Positions 18,611-28,687 of a DNA stretch of 64,000 bases are shown here, one piece after another; the stretch's first letter is position 1, and each line of letters begins with the position of its first letter. The notes under the pieces were generated by a model. That model saw only the letters and a list, made by a program, of their open reading frames with translations. It made no database searches and was not told where the DNA came from. This stretch comes from an uncultured Gammaproteobacteria bacterium (lineage in GTDB: Bacteria; Patescibacteriota; Microgenomatia; Daviesbacterales; UBA10151), in the NCBI GenBank assembly GCA_964649615.1, contig CAZYPW010000008.1, positions 574 through 64,573 on the forward strand. Direction: 5' to 3'. The translations under genes and the position numbers were made by a program.

Positions 18611-19876
18611 TTATACAGCTAAATCTTTACCATGATACTGCCTTAATGCTTTACCTTTAAAAGTTAAAATTGATAAAACCAGCAGCACTCCCACACCCCC
18701 TACCACCACAGAGGCCGGTCCTCCTATGGCTTTGGCCAAAAATCCTGCTTCCATATCCCCCAGCTGCGGCCCGCCCTGGAAGAAAATCCTCATTACTGAT
18801 GCCATCCTGCCCCTTAAATGATCCGGAGTAATCATTTGTCTGATGGTATTTCTGATAATAGTGGATGTCATATCCCCAAATCCCAGCAGGATTAAAAAGA
18901 AAATAGACAGGGCAAAAATTTTAGACAAACCAAATCCAATGGTGGCCAATCCATACAAAACTAATGCCGCAATAATCGTCTTGCCCTGATGCTTAATTTT
19001 ATGATGAAGTGCAGAAACCAAAAGTCCTGCCAAGACGCCACCGATGGCCGGGCCAGAATACAAAAGCCCCAATCCCTGCGGTCCAACATGTAGGACATCC
19101 TGGGCAAAAACCGGCATTAAAATGGTGGCTGTGCCAAAAAAAGTAGCAGCAAAATCCAAAATCATGGTGGTATAAAGTATAGGAGTTTTTAAAACAAATC
19201 TTATTCCTTCCATTATTGATCCCATACTAAACTTCACTTTTAAAGGATCATGTTTTTGTAAAGCTACATTAAGAGAAAGTACAGCACCTATAAAAAACAG
19301 GAAAGACAGGCTATTTAAAAGGTAAACTGCAGCTACTCCCATGCCGCCAATTAAAAATCCGGCAATGGCCGGGCCAATCATGGTAGCCCCTTGAAACTGC
19401 AGCACATTTAAAGAAACTGCATTCATAAAATACTCTTTTGGCACTAAATGAGGCAAAACAGACTGCCTGGCCGGTATAGAAAAAGACTGGGCTGTAGCAA
19501 CCAAAACTAAAATTCCATAAATCATTAAAGGGTTGATAAAATGGGTTATGGTCATAGTAAAAAGAATTAGGGCCAGAATCAGCTGGGCAGCTTGAGAAAT
19601 AATCAGCAGTTTTTTTCTATCCACTTTATCAGCCACTAAACCTCCTACCAAAGAAAATAAAATTATCGGCAGAAAATTAGCCAGACCAATCAGACCTAAA
19701 GAGGCAGGATTGCGGGTCATCTCATACACCTGCCAGGCCACAGCCACTGTTTGCATCTGATTGCCAATTTCTGATAAAAAAGCCCCAAATAAATAATTTC
19801 TAAAATGAGTTACTTTTAAAGTTAAAAAAGGTGAGATTTTAGTGCGCGAAGCGCGCGAACTTTGTTCAGATTCCAT
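18611..19876 (-). CDS. MFS transporter (12 TM, EntS/macrolide-efflux-like)
   Basis: The MFS signature region VGGLVADKVDRKKLLI and the overall topology support the call. Confidence 0.75.
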   Translation of the reverse strand: MESEQSSRASRTKISPFLTLKVTHFRNYLFGAFLSEIGNQMQTVAVAWQVYEMTRNPASLGLIGLANFLPIILFSLVGGLVADKVDRKKLLIISQAAQLILALILFTMTITHFINPLMIYGILVLVATAQSFSIPARQSVLPHLVPKEYFMNAVSLNVLQFQGATMIGPAIAGFLIGGMGVAAVYLLNSLSFLFFIGAVLSLNVALQKHDPLKVKFSMGSIMEGIRFVLKTPILYTTMILDFAATFFGTATILMPVFAQDVLHVGPQGLGLLYSGPAIGGVLAGLLVSALHHKIKHQGKTIIAALVLYGLATIGFGLSKIFALSIFFLILLGFGDMTSTIIRNTIRQMITPDHLRGRMASVMRIFFQGGPQLGDMEAGFLAKAIGGPASVVVGGVGVLLVLSILTFKGKALRQYHGKDLAV

Positions 19877-19920
19877 ATTTTAACTTTCTAGTATACGAAA
19901 AAAGTAGTATCATTTGCATT

Positions 19921-20616
19921 ATGAGAGTTCTGCTGATTGGGAAAAATGCCAAAAATATCGAAAAACTGATCAAAGATTTGGGATTTGAGATTGTGACATT
20001 AAATCCTGATCTAATCATCACTTACGGAGGAGATGGAACTTTACTGTCTGCTGAAAGTCAATTTCCACTCATTCCCAAACTTCCCATCAGAGACAGTGAC
20101 ATTTGTAAAAAATGTGTTGATCATCAGGATGAAGATGTTTTAAAAAAACTTATCAAAGGCGAGCTGAAAATTAAAGAGTATAAAAAGCTGGAAACAGAAA
20201 TTTTATTTAAAAAATTTTATGCTTTAAATGATTTTGTGGTTAGGAATTTTAGTCCTACCCATGCCATTAGATTTAAGGTGAACGGTCGGTTCTCCATTGG
20301 GGATGGAATTGTTATTTCTACTCCTTTTGGCTCAACAGCTTATTTTAGATCCGTTACCGGACAAACATTTGAAAAAGGATTCAGTATGGCATTTAACAAC
20401 ACTACAGAACAGATAGATCCACTGTTTTTGAAGGATGGAGATACACTCACTTTCCAGCTTACCCGAGGCAAAGCTACTTTATCTTTTGATAATAGTCTGG
20501 ATATTTTTAATATTGATGAGGGATCGCAATTATTATTTAAATTATCGGACCATGTTGCCAAAATCTATGAAGATACATCTTTAAGATGTCCTAATTGTGA
20601 AGTTATTAGAGGTTAA
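19921..20616 (+). CDS. nadK: NAD kinase (short form)
   Basis: ITYGGDGTLL and DGIVISTPFGSTAYFRS motifs are present. Confidence 0.75.
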   Translation: MRVLLIGKNAKNIEKLIKDLGFEIVTLNPDLIITYGGDGTLLSAESQFPLIPKLPIRDSDICKKCVDHQDEDVLKKLIKGELKIKEYKKLETEILFKKFYALNDFVVRNFSPTHAIRFKVNGRFSIGDGIVISTPFGSTAYFRSVTGQTFEKGFSMAFNNTTEQIDPLFLKDGDTLTFQLTRGKATLSFDNSLDIFNIDEGSQLLFKLSDHVAKIYEDTSLRCPNCEVIRG

Positions 20617-21557
20617 GCCACAGCTGATTCTAGAAAATTTAATTCTTTATTGCTAGTATCAAAAGAAACTTTAATTCCTATTGGCATGGGGATATTTATT
20701 GTAAAATGTCCAAAGTCCATATTTGCCATAATAGGAAATTTATAATCTTTTAAAATATCTAAAATCATCTCTTTGACTGTGGGTTCTACTACTTCTTTTT
20801 CTCTTGACGGTTTTATGTATTTAATCTTTCCGATTAACATCCCGGAAATTTTATCTAGAACTCCCGCATATTTAAGTCTGTATAAATTCCTAGCTATCAT
20901 ATGTAATTCCTGGCCTATTTCTTCCCAAAATAATATGCTTCCATTAAAATCTTCTATTTTTGGAAAATAAGGTGTACCAGCTCCTGCTGTAAGCAGTTGT
21001 AATATTCCACCAATTAAATGTCCTTCTGTTTTCCCTTTTTTCCACTGCTCCCACTCTGATAAAGGTTTTATTATTCCAGGAGCTTTATCTTTTGTTACAA
21101 ACTTTAAAAAAAATTCTTTATTGAAATTTAAAACATCATCCATATGGAATCCTACCATTCCTGTTTTTGCAAATATTGCCAGATGATAAGAAGTCATATC
21201 AGACATACCCATAAATGGTTTGGGATTATGAGTTATTAGTTCGTAGTCTAAATACTCTAAAACAGAAATTGCTGAATAACCACCAGTCTGGGCTATGATG
21301 GCTTTAATATTTTTATCTGCAAACATGGAATTTATATCATCAGCCACTTCTTTTGGACTCCCAGCCATCCACCATCTTGTTTGATCTATTGTCTTACCTT
21401 CTTTAATCCTAAAACTCATCTGTTCAATTATTTTTTTACCACGTTCATAATTCCCTTTAAATGAGGGTAAAATAGGTAAAGATGAGGCAACAATGCCAAT
21501 TGTGTCTCCAAGGGTTAACTTAGGAGGTTTAACGATTTTCACCCTTGCAGTGTACAA
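20613..21557 (-). CDS. ldcA: LD-carboxypeptidase (S66 peptidase, LdcA/MccF family)
   Basis: The nucleophile motif GMSDMT and the S66 C-terminal domain are present. Confidence 0.7.
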   Translation of the reverse strand: MYTARVKIVKPPKLTLGDTIGIVASSLPILPSFKGNYERGKKIIEQMSFRIKEGKTIDQTRWWMAGSPKEVADDINSMFADKNIKAIIAQTGGYSAISVLEYLDYELITHNPKPFMGMSDMTSYHLAIFAKTGMVGFHMDDVLNFNKEFFLKFVTKDKAPGIIKPLSEWEQWKKGKTEGHLIGGILQLLTAGAGTPYFPKIEDFNGSILFWEEIGQELHMIARNLYRLKYAGVLDKISGMLIGKIKYIKPSREKEVVEPTVKEMILDILKDYKFPIMANMDFGHFTINIPMPIGIKVSFDTSNKELNFLESAVA

Positions 21558-21562
21558 AAAAA

Positions 21563-21597
21563 TCTCGCCCCTTTAAAGAGCGAGATTTAACTTTTCC
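21563..21597 (-). terminator. Intrinsic terminator after the DUF378 gene
   Basis: On the minus strand the stem aaatctcgc-N11-gcgagattt is followed by TTTTTTT. Confidence 0.6.
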
Positions 21598-21614
21598 TAA
21601 AAATTTAGGAATAA

Positions 21615-21818
21615 TTACTTTGCACAAATCTTGCAATCACCCATGTGGGTGGCTGCGATATAGACGGCTGATACCCCAACCAAAATATAAACAATATTGG
21701 TCAGACCCATTCCACCAAAAATTGTTTCCACCAGATTTAGATTAAAAAGGGCTACCAAACCCCAGTTCAAACCGCCAACTACCAAAAGGGTAAATGCAAC
21801 CATATGAAGTGCTTTCAT
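21615..21818 (-). CDS. DUF378-family small membrane protein
   Basis: A GGLNWGLVALFNLNLV signature across two TM helices. The SD AAGGGGGTGA lies 8 nt upstream of the start. Confidence 0.6.
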   Translation of the reverse strand: MKALHMVAFTLLVVGGLNWGLVALFNLNLVETIFGGMGLTNIVYILVGVSAVYIAATHMGDCKICAK

Positions 21819-21907
21819 TTATTTAATCACCCCCTTCTATATCCAGTGTACTCACAAAGGAGTTTTTTAATCAAGATACAACTAGTTTACATAGTTGTAT
21901 CAAGAGG

Positions 21908-23785
21908 TTATGATTTTAGAATGCTTAAAAAAGCTTCCTGGGGAATCTCTACTCTACCCACCATTTTCATTTTCTTTTTTCCCTTTTTCTGTTTTTCCAA
22001 AAGCTTATCCTTGCGGGTTCTATCTCCGCCATATAATTTGGCTGTGACATCTTTTCTAAATGGAGAGATTGATTCTCTGGCTATAATAGTTCCACCTATA
22101 GCTGCTTGAACGGCTATCATAAAATTTTGCCTGGGTAAAACTTCTTTTAATTTCTCAACAATTTTTCTGCCATAACTTTCAGCTTTTGATTTAAAAACAA
22201 TTTGAGACAGCGCATCTACTTTTTCCCCTGCCACTAAAATATCTACTCTAACTGCTTCCACTTCCCTAAATTCTAAAAATTCCCAATCAAGGGAGGCAAA
22301 CCCAGATGAAACTGATTTTAACTTATCATAAAAATCAGTCACCATTTCAGAAAGAGGCATTTGATAAGAAAGTTCAACCTGCAGCCCAAAATGCTGCATA
22401 TTTAAAAACCGACCCCTTTTATCTTGTACCAAATCCATTGCTGGACCAATATAGGTTTGGGGGATGAATATTTTTAAAACTACCCAAGGCTCTTTAATGC
22501 TTTTCATATTCATGGGATCAATTTCTGATGGGTTATGGACCATCAGCCCATTAATTTCATACTCCACAAAGGGAATAGTAGCAATCAAATCTACATTAAA
22601 TTCCCCTGATAACCTTTCCTGCACTACCTCTGCATGAAGCAATCCTAAAAATCCACACCTAAACCCATTTCCCAAAGCCTGTGAGGATTCTAGCTCATAA
22701 GTGAAAGCGGGATCATTTAACCTAAATTTTTCTAAAGCTTCTTTAGCATCTATATAATCTTCTTGATCTATAGGAAAAAGCCCTACAAACACCATTGGCT
22801 TAACTTCTTTGTATCCAGGCAATGGTTGTATATCGTTTTTGTCTTCCGATATTCGATGACCGATGTTCGATAAACTTGTTATTGTATCTCCTACCCTAAC
22901 TAAATCTGACTGCTTGATTCCAGTGGCTATATAACCTATCTCTCCACTTTTCAATCTATCATTGACAGTCAGTTGTGGGGCAAAAAAACCTGTTTCTAAA
23001 ATATGTCCCTCCGACTTAGTCTGTAAAAAAGAAATTTTGCTGTTAACGCTTGGTGTAATACCTTCCACTATTCTAACCTGGGCTATCACCCCTTTGAAGC
23101 TGTCAAAAAAAGAATCAAAAATTAAAGCTTTAAGAGGTTTTTCTATTTCCTGTTTTGGAGCTGGAATTTTAGTAACAATTGCCTCCAATAGTTTATCCAC
23201 CCCAACTCCTGTTTTTCCGGAAACCAGGAGTATCTCCATATCATTAAATCCAAAAGATTCTATTAATTGTTTTTTAACATTTGCCACATCGGCATTCGGG
23301 AGATCTATTTTGTTCACAACCGGAATTAATGTTAAATTTTGCTCCATGGCAGCTAAACCATGAGCTAAGGTTTGAGCTTGTACTCCTTGTGTTGCATCTA
23401 CCAAAAGTATCGCTCCTTCCACTGCTGCCATTGCCCGGGACACTTCGTAGCTAAAATCAACATGGCCTGGAGTATCTATCAGATTCAAAATATATTCTGA
23501 ATCTACAAACTCTAAATTCGAAGCACGAAATTCGAAATTGTTTTTGTCGTTTAGATTTTGATCATTGGAATTTGTTTCGGATTTAGGATTTCGATATTCG
23601 TATTTTAATCTAACAGGGGCAAGTTTGATAGTAATGCCCCGCTCACGCTCTAATGCCAAACTATCTAAAAGCTGAGGCTGCATCTTATCTTTGGGAACAG
23701 TGCCTGTAATTTCAATAAGTCTATCTGCTAATGTAGACTTTCCGTGATCTATATGCGCTATAATTGTCACGTTACGAATATTCAT
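21908..23785 (-). CDS. lepA: Elongation factor 4 (LepA) with a low-complexity insertion in the G domain
   Basis: AHIDHGKSTLADRL and DTPGHVDF motifs and the LepA C-terminal domain are present. A roughly 33-aa insert (SETNSNDQNLNDKNNFEFRASNLEFVDSE) lies between G1 and G3. Confidence 0.9.
   Translation of the reverse strand: MNIRNVTIIAHIDHGKSTLADRLIEITGTVPKDKMQPQLLDSLALERERGITIKLAPVRLKYEYRNPKSETNSNDQNLNDKNNFEFRASNLEFVDSEYILNLIDTPGHVDFSYEVSRAMAAVEGAILLVDATQGVQAQTLAHGLAAMEQNLTLIPVVNKIDLPNADVANVKKQLIESFGFNDMEILLVSGKTGVGVDKLLEAIVTKIPAPKQEIEKPLKALIFDSFFDSFKGVIAQVRIVEGITPSVNSKISFLQTKSEGHILETGFFAPQLTVNDRLKSGEIGYIATGIKQSDLVRVGDTITSLSNIGHRISEDKNDIQPLPGYKEVKPMVFVGLFPIDQEDYIDAKEALEKFRLNDPAFTYELESSQALGNGFRCGFLGLLHAEVVQERLSGEFNVDLIATIPFVEYEINGLMVHNPSEIDPMNMKSIKEPWVVLKIFIPQTYIGPAMDLVQDKRGRFLNMQHFGLQVELSYQMPLSEMVTDFYDKLKSVSSGFASLDWEFLEFREVEAVRVDILVAGEKVDALSQIVFKSKAESYGRKIVEKLKEVLPRQNFMIAVQAAIGGTIIARESISPFRKDVTAKLYGGDRTRKDKLLEKQKKGKKKMKMVGRVEIPQEAFLSILKS
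22845..22872. repeat. (TYCGATR)x4 heptamer array inside lepA
   Basis: tccgata/ttcgatg/accgatg/ttcgata. It encodes ...NIGHRISEDKN..., an extra loop. Confidence 0.6.
23514..23610. repeat. Roughly 14-unit degenerate heptamer array forming the LepA G-domain insertion
   Basis: aaattcg/aagcacg/aaattcg/aaattgt/ttttgtc/... ending .../taggatt/tcgatat/tcgtatt. The 7-nt periodicity runs across about 98 nt. Confidence 0.55.
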
Positions 23786-23797
23786 GCGGGTATTGTA

Positions 23798-25432
23798 TCA
23801 AAGGGAATCAGGAAATATCTCTTTTGACTGCAGTTTTCCTTGAAAGTTACCTATTCTTTTTAATAAATCTGCATAAGTGGTGAGTTCTTTAACTCTCATA
23901 AACCAAACTAAACTTACATAAACTGACAGCGCAAAAACAGAAGAAAATCCAGTTAGAATCAAAAGATTAATGGTTCTGGTAGTATCAAATATAACTTGGT
24001 CTAGCAGCTTGATGGGCACATATAAAGCCACACCCATAATGACTGTGGCCATGAGCATCTTTAAAAATGGCACTAGCACTTGATTTAGGGAAAACCTGCC
24101 CACTCTAAAATGTAATGTCCAAAAAAGCAAAACTGCAGAAACTATGGCAGAGATAGAGTTTGCCAGGCCAATGCTCCATACATCCAGATGCAGCATTTGA
24201 ATAAAATAAACACTCAGTAAAATATTTAATCCAACTACCAGAAAAGAAACTGTCACTGGAGTTTTGGTATCTTTCATAGCATAAAAACCTCGCACCAAAA
24301 GTAAAGAGATGGCTTGAGCAGAAAGCCCAATAGATAAATAGGCTAGCGTTGCCCCTGTTAAAACAGTTGCTTCCCAATCAAATTGAGAAGCACCAAAAAT
24401 AAGCCTAACTACTGGGATTCTAATCACAATCAAAATAGCTGTAGCAGGGAGTGCCAAAAATAAAATTTGGTGCAAAGTGGTAATCAAGGTAATTTTAAAT
24501 TCTTCAATTTTTCCTCTAGCTCTTTCTGCAGATAAAACAGGAAGTGCAGCCTGTGACAAAGTAGCTCCAAAAAGCCCAATTGGTACCACTTGTAAATGTT
24601 GGGCAAAGGTAAGATAGGTGACAGAACCTATAGTTGAAAGTGATGCTAAAGCCAGCCCCACAGTTTCATTAATCTGTTCTGCAGCTAGTCCAATGGTTCT
24701 AACGCTCATCAGTTTCACAATTTCTTTTACTCCAGGATGGAAAAATTTTGGAGGAAATTTAAACCTAAAACCAAGTGAATAAACTAAAGGAAACTGGATT
24801 ATTGCATGTAAAAATGCCCCAATGATTACCCCAAAAGCAGCTCCCCTAATTCCCATTGAATCAGATAAAAAAATAATTCCTATAATTATCCCTAAATTAT
24901 AAAAAACAGGAGCGAATGCAGGCACCACAAACCTTTGGAAAGATTGAGAGATACCCACAAAAAAGGAACCAAACACTAAGATTATTTGCCCAAATAAAAT
25001 AACTCTGGTTAAAGAAACTACTTGAGCTTGGCGCTCTGAATCAAAACCAGGTGCGATGATAGAAGAGATGATGGGGTGGGCGAAAATAAATATTAAAATA
25101 GTAACGCCTAAAAATAGGGCTAAACATAAATTCAAAATGGCGCTGGCCATCTCAAAAGCATCGCCCTTGCCCTTATTTGCTAAGCTTTCTGTAAAAACAG
25201 GAATAAAAGCCACCGATAATGCTCCTAAAATAATAATTTGAAATATCAAATCTGGCAACCTGAAAGCAGCCCAAAAAAGATCTATCTTATCTGGGGCAAA
25301 AACATGAGCAAGCAATCTATCTCTAATTAATCCTAAAATCTTAGATAAAAACATAGTGGCCATAATAATGGAAGCACCAGATAGAATTGAAGTTTGGCGG
25401 GAGTACAAAAGAGACAAAATATTTTTAACCAT
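23798..25432 (-). CDS. murJ: Lipid II flippase MurJ (MviN)
   Basis: A 14-TM MOP-superfamily protein. The N-terminus reads ...LSKILGLIRDRLLAHVFAP..., typical of MurJ. Confidence 0.85.
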   Translation of the reverse strand: MVKNILSLLYSRQTSILSGASIIMATMFLSKILGLIRDRLLAHVFAPDKIDLFWAAFRLPDLIFQIIILGALSVAFIPVFTESLANKGKGDAFEMASAILNLCLALFLGVTILIFIFAHPIISSIIAPGFDSERQAQVVSLTRVILFGQIILVFGSFFVGISQSFQRFVVPAFAPVFYNLGIIIGIIFLSDSMGIRGAAFGVIIGAFLHAIIQFPLVYSLGFRFKFPPKFFHPGVKEIVKLMSVRTIGLAAEQINETVGLALASLSTIGSVTYLTFAQHLQVVPIGLFGATLSQAALPVLSAERARGKIEEFKITLITTLHQILFLALPATAILIVIRIPVVRLIFGASQFDWEATVLTGATLAYLSIGLSAQAISLLLVRGFYAMKDTKTPVTVSFLVVGLNILLSVYFIQMLHLDVWSIGLANSISAIVSAVLLFWTLHFRVGRFSLNQVLVPFLKMLMATVIMGVALYVPIKLLDQVIFDTTRTINLLILTGFSSVFALSVYVSLVWFMRVKELTTYADLLKRIGNFQGKLQSKEIFPDSL

Positions 25433-25495
25433 ACTAAACTAGTATAATAGCTTTCTTGCTTGATAAAAAGGTAGCAGCATGCTAACATATCGAGC

Positions 25496-25729
25496 ATGCC
25501 AATTCTTAAATCAGCTATTAAAAAGGTCAGGAAAGATAAGTTAAGAACAATTCGCAATAAAAAGCGGGAAGCTAACTTAAAAACTTTAATCAAAAAGGCA
25601 CGTTCCTCAAAATCTGCCAAAGATTTATCAGCTGTTTTTTCAGCCTTGGATAAAGCCGCTAAAGTTAAATTAATTCACCCAAATAAGTCTGCGCGGCTTA
25701 AATCAAGATTATCAAAAAAGTCCAAATGA
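25496..25729 (+). CDS. rpsT: 30S ribosomal protein S20
   Basis: A Lys/Arg-rich 77-aa protein reading ...KSAIKKVRKDKLRTIRNKK...LIHPNKSARLKSRL. Confidence 0.85.
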   Translation: MPILKSAIKKVRKDKLRTIRNKKREANLKTLIKKARSSKSAKDLSAVFSALDKAAKVKLIHPNKSARLKSRLSKKSK

Positions 25730-25743
25730 AGTATACTTAGGAC

Positions 25744-26319
25744 ATGCCTGCCAAAAATCCAAAATTATCTATTCGCCTAGATTTACTTCATCCACAAGGA
25801 AATCCCCAAAGTTTAACTGCCAGAGCAGTAAAATGGCTTCTTTCCTCAGGCAGATATATCTTTATTTTTGTAGAAGCTTTAGTTTTAATTGCTTTTTTTA
25901 CCCGGTTTAAATTAGATGCAGATTTGGCAGAAAGAAAAGAATCAATTGAGCAAAAAGTACCTTTTATTGAAAGTTTAAAGCCATATGAAACAGTGATCAG
26001 GCAAACACAACAAAAAATCTTAAGCGTTAAATCCTTTTACTCTGAGTCTCCTGATTACGCAAAAGTGCTCAGTGAACTTGCCAATCTGATTCCCCTTCAA
26101 GTAACAATCTCAAATCTAAATATGACCAAAGATATATCCAAAGTTAAAATCCAAATCAATGCAGCCTCCCAGTCAAATAACGGTCTATTAGGTTTTATGA
26201 CTGCTTTAAAAAGGAGTAATAATTTTTCAGAGGTTAATCTTTCTAGCATTGGCCTGGAAGCAAATACTATCAACTTTACTATTACCGCCACCAGTAATTT
26301 GTCTAAACAATCTATATGA
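25744..26319 (+). CDS. PilN-like inner-membrane protein (type IV pilus/competence assembly), tentative
   Basis: A short cytoplasmic N-terminus with an IRLDLL motif precedes a single TM and a periplasmic domain. It is coupled to the next gene by an ATGA overlap. Confidence 0.4.
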   Translation: MPAKNPKLSIRLDLLHPQGNPQSLTARAVKWLLSSGRYIFIFVEALVLIAFFTRFKLDADLAERKESIEQKVPFIESLKPYETVIRQTQQKILSVKSFYSESPDYAKVLSELANLIPLQVTISNLNMTKDISKVKIQINAASQSNNGLLGFMTALKRSNNFSEVNLSSIGLEANTINFTITATSNLSKQSI

Positions 26320-26921
26320 AAAATCAGTCAACCATTTATTCCCGCTATTTTACCTATATCAAACCAATTAGCAAATTCCCCATTATTAAAACTTATGGCT
26401 CAACAATTTTCACCCTTCTAATCATGATTATTTTCATCTTTTTTGCCATCAAACCAACTATTGAAACTATTTTAGTCCTGCAAAAGAAATTAGAAAATTA
26501 TGATGAAATACAAAAAAAGGTTGAGCAAAAAGCCAATGATTTATCCCAAGGGAAGCAAAATTATGATAATTTAGATGAAAACCTTAAGATCAGATTACAA
26601 AATGCTATCCCTGATTCTGCAGATATCAGTTCTATCATTTCAAATATTGAACAGATTACCAAAAGCCATAACGCTTCAATCTCTGCCATCCAGATCCAAC
26701 CAATAATTCTAACTCCCAGAGATGAAAAGATAGTGGGCACTTTAGCTGAGGTAAATTTTACTGTTAATATTGAAGGATTTTACCCTGGCCTTGTTGCTAT
26801 CTTGCAAGATTTAAGGTTAAGTAGTAGGTTGTTCTCAATAGAAAACCTAACCATCAATAAGCTTACGGAAGGATCAGGGTTAATTTTATCTATTTCAGGA
26901 AAGGCCTATTACATAAAGTAA
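26316..26921 (+). CDS. PilO-like inner-membrane protein, tentative
   Basis: An N-terminal TM helix and coiled coil are followed by a C-terminal domain ending ...GLILSISGKAYYIK. Confidence 0.4.
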   Translation: MKNQSTIYSRYFTYIKPISKFPIIKTYGSTIFTLLIMIIFIFFAIKPTIETILVLQKKLENYDEIQKKVEQKANDLSQGKQNYDNLDENLKIRLQNAIPDSADISSIISNIEQITKSHNASISAIQIQPIILTPRDEKIVGTLAEVNFTVNIEGFYPGLVAILQDLRLSSRLFSIENLTINKLTEGSGLILSISGKAYYIK

Positions 26922-26922
26922 A

Positions 26923-27093
26923 ATGACAACCAAAAAAGAGTGGCTGATTGCTACCATCTTAACTTTTATCACAGTTTGCGCTTGGGTTATATTTGATATA
27001 TTGCATACCCGTTCCCAGGTGGAAATACCGCCTAATTTACAACAGGTTATTGAACCAATTAATCCCAATTTTGAAACGGCAGTTTTTGAATGA
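26923..27093 (+). CDS. 56-aa single-TM micro-protein
   Basis: MTTKKEWLIATILTFITVCAWVIFDIL... It is translationally coupled to both neighbours (ATGA overlap at 27090). It is absent from the ORF track because it is under 60 aa. Confidence 0.3.
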   Translation: MTTKKEWLIATILTFITVCAWVIFDILHTRSQVEIPPNLQQVIEPINPNFETAVFE

Positions 27094-28040
27094 AAATTAT
27101 ATTACAAAAATTTTCTAAATTTAGGATCCCTACCTTCTTAGGTTTAGGGATCATCTTAGCCGGAATTATCACCGGAGTTTTCTTAATCTTAAAAGACCAG
27201 CAGCCATTTTTTGCCAAAGCTGATCTTAATTTTAAACCTGAACCAATTGTTACTAATATTTTAAGTGATTCTGTTACTATTTCATTTAAAACTGAAGCCT
27301 CTATCCCTGCTTTTATTAACTATGGAATTAATTCCATAGAAGAAAACGGAACCCGTGATGATAGAGATACTGATAAACCTCCTGCGCCGCGACAAATTCA
27401 TTATTTTACCATTAAAAATTTACAACCTGATACAGCTTACCAATATAGGGTTACTGTTGGAAAGAGTAAATTTGAAATACAACCTCCTTTTAAAACTGCT
27501 AAGGCAGAAACGCTACAGAATGGCTTCAACCCCATTATTGGAACTGTTTTATCAGGTAATACCCCTTTAAATGAAGGTCTTGTTTATCTTACTATAGCTA
27601 ACGCCAAACCCCAGTCAGCTTTAGTGAAAAATAACGGCAATTTTTTGATTCCTCTTACCTTTATCCGAAAAGAGGATTTATCAGATGTTTTAGTACCTGA
27701 AGATAAAACTCCTGCTAAATTAACTATTATCTCTGCCGAGGGGGAAGCCATGGTTTTACTCCCTTTAAAAGCTGATAGTGATATTCTTGATGCTATACGA
27801 TTAGGTGATAAACTAGACCTGACTGACCCCAACCCATCACCTACCCCAGACATTTCACCAAAAGAAATCATAACTTTTGATTTAAATGGTGATGGTCAAA
27901 TAAATGCAGCAGACAATGCCATCATTTTAAAAAATTTTGGCAATAATCCAAGTAATAAAAAGGCTGATTTAGATGGTAATGGAAAAGTAGATAATGAAGA
28001 TTTAAAAATAATGGCTGAAAAAATCAGTGAGCAAAATTAA
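27090..28040 (+). CDS. Membrane-anchored protein with an FN3-like domain and two C-terminal dockerin-type Ca-binding repeats
   Basis: An N-terminal TM helix is followed by an FN3/purple-acid-phosphatase-N-like region (DTAYQYRV). The C-terminus has DLNGDGQINAADNAIILKNF and DLDGNGKVDNEDLKIM repeats. Confidence 0.5.
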   Translation: MKIILQKFSKFRIPTFLGLGIILAGIITGVFLILKDQQPFFAKADLNFKPEPIVTNILSDSVTISFKTEASIPAFINYGINSIEENGTRDDRDTDKPPAPRQIHYFTIKNLQPDTAYQYRVTVGKSKFEIQPPFKTAKAETLQNGFNPIIGTVLSGNTPLNEGLVYLTIANAKPQSALVKNNGNFLIPLTFIRKEDLSDVLVPEDKTPAKLTIISAEGEAMVLLPLKADSDILDAIRLGDKLDLTDPNPSPTPDISPKEIITFDLNGDGQINAADNAIILKNFGNNPSNKKADLDGNGKVDNEDLKIMAEKISEQN

Positions 28041-28687
28041 AGGAACTGATTGATTAATATAAATTCTGCTTGACCCATCTCTAACTGACCCGATTTAATT
28101 TTAAAGTCTATTTCTAAAGTACTTTTGTAAAGATTTTTAATTTTTTCTTGATCAAACCTTTTTCTTTGCCTCATCAATTTTTGTGCAACAAATGATGGAG
28201 CATTTTTTGGAGTAACTACTAAATTCCTCAGTAGATAAAATATCATGGTGATAAAATATTGGATCTCAAAACCTGCCTCTTTTAATTTTTTTAATTCTAA
28301 GTGGGCTTTATCCTCACCACTTGCTAACATATCTAAAAAGGAGAAAATAGACCTTTCTTTTTTCTCGGGAAAAAATAAAACCTGGCCATTTTTCTTAAAG
28401 TAATCAAAAATAGGTTTTTTCTCTGTAATCTCATGGTCAAACCAAACTATTAGATTAGTTGGTAGTGGATTGATAGTGGGTGGTTGAAAATTCTCATCTG
28501 GATTTTCTAAAATAACCAATCTTTCTCCCTGCAGAAGTGGCATGGTGGTTAAACTGGCCAGAATCTCTTCTATATTTGACCCTTCCTCAAAAACCACTAC
28601 ATTACTCCCATCAAATTTAGCTTTATCCTGCAAAAGTTTTTTTCTGGAAATTACTTTAGCGCTCCCGTGCAGAAGAAGTAGCTGCAT
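28037..28687 (-). CDS. holA: DNA polymerase III delta subunit (HolA), compact form
   Basis: The N-terminal region LLLHGSAKVISRKKLLQ...GERLVILENPD matches the HolA region vYLlyGeE...RlVil. The C-terminal helical domain is also present. Confidence 0.5.
   Translation of the reverse strand: MQLLLLHGSAKVISRKKLLQDKAKFDGSNVVVFEEGSNIEEILASLTTMPLLQGERLVILENPDENFQPPTINPLPTNLIVWFDHEITEKKPIFDYFKKNGQVLFFPEKKERSIFSFLDMLASGEDKAHLELKKLKEAGFEIQYFITMIFYLLRNLVVTPKNAPSFVAQKLMRQRKRFDQEKIKNLYKSTLEIDFKIKSGQLEMGQAEFILINQFL

Noticed and set aside
22962-23363. 133-aa plus-strand ORF
   Set aside because: It is antisense to lepA.
28656-28687. 32-nt overlap between the LCP gene end and the holA start
   Set aside because: It probably reflects an over-extended holA start in the ORF track rather than a real long overlap.
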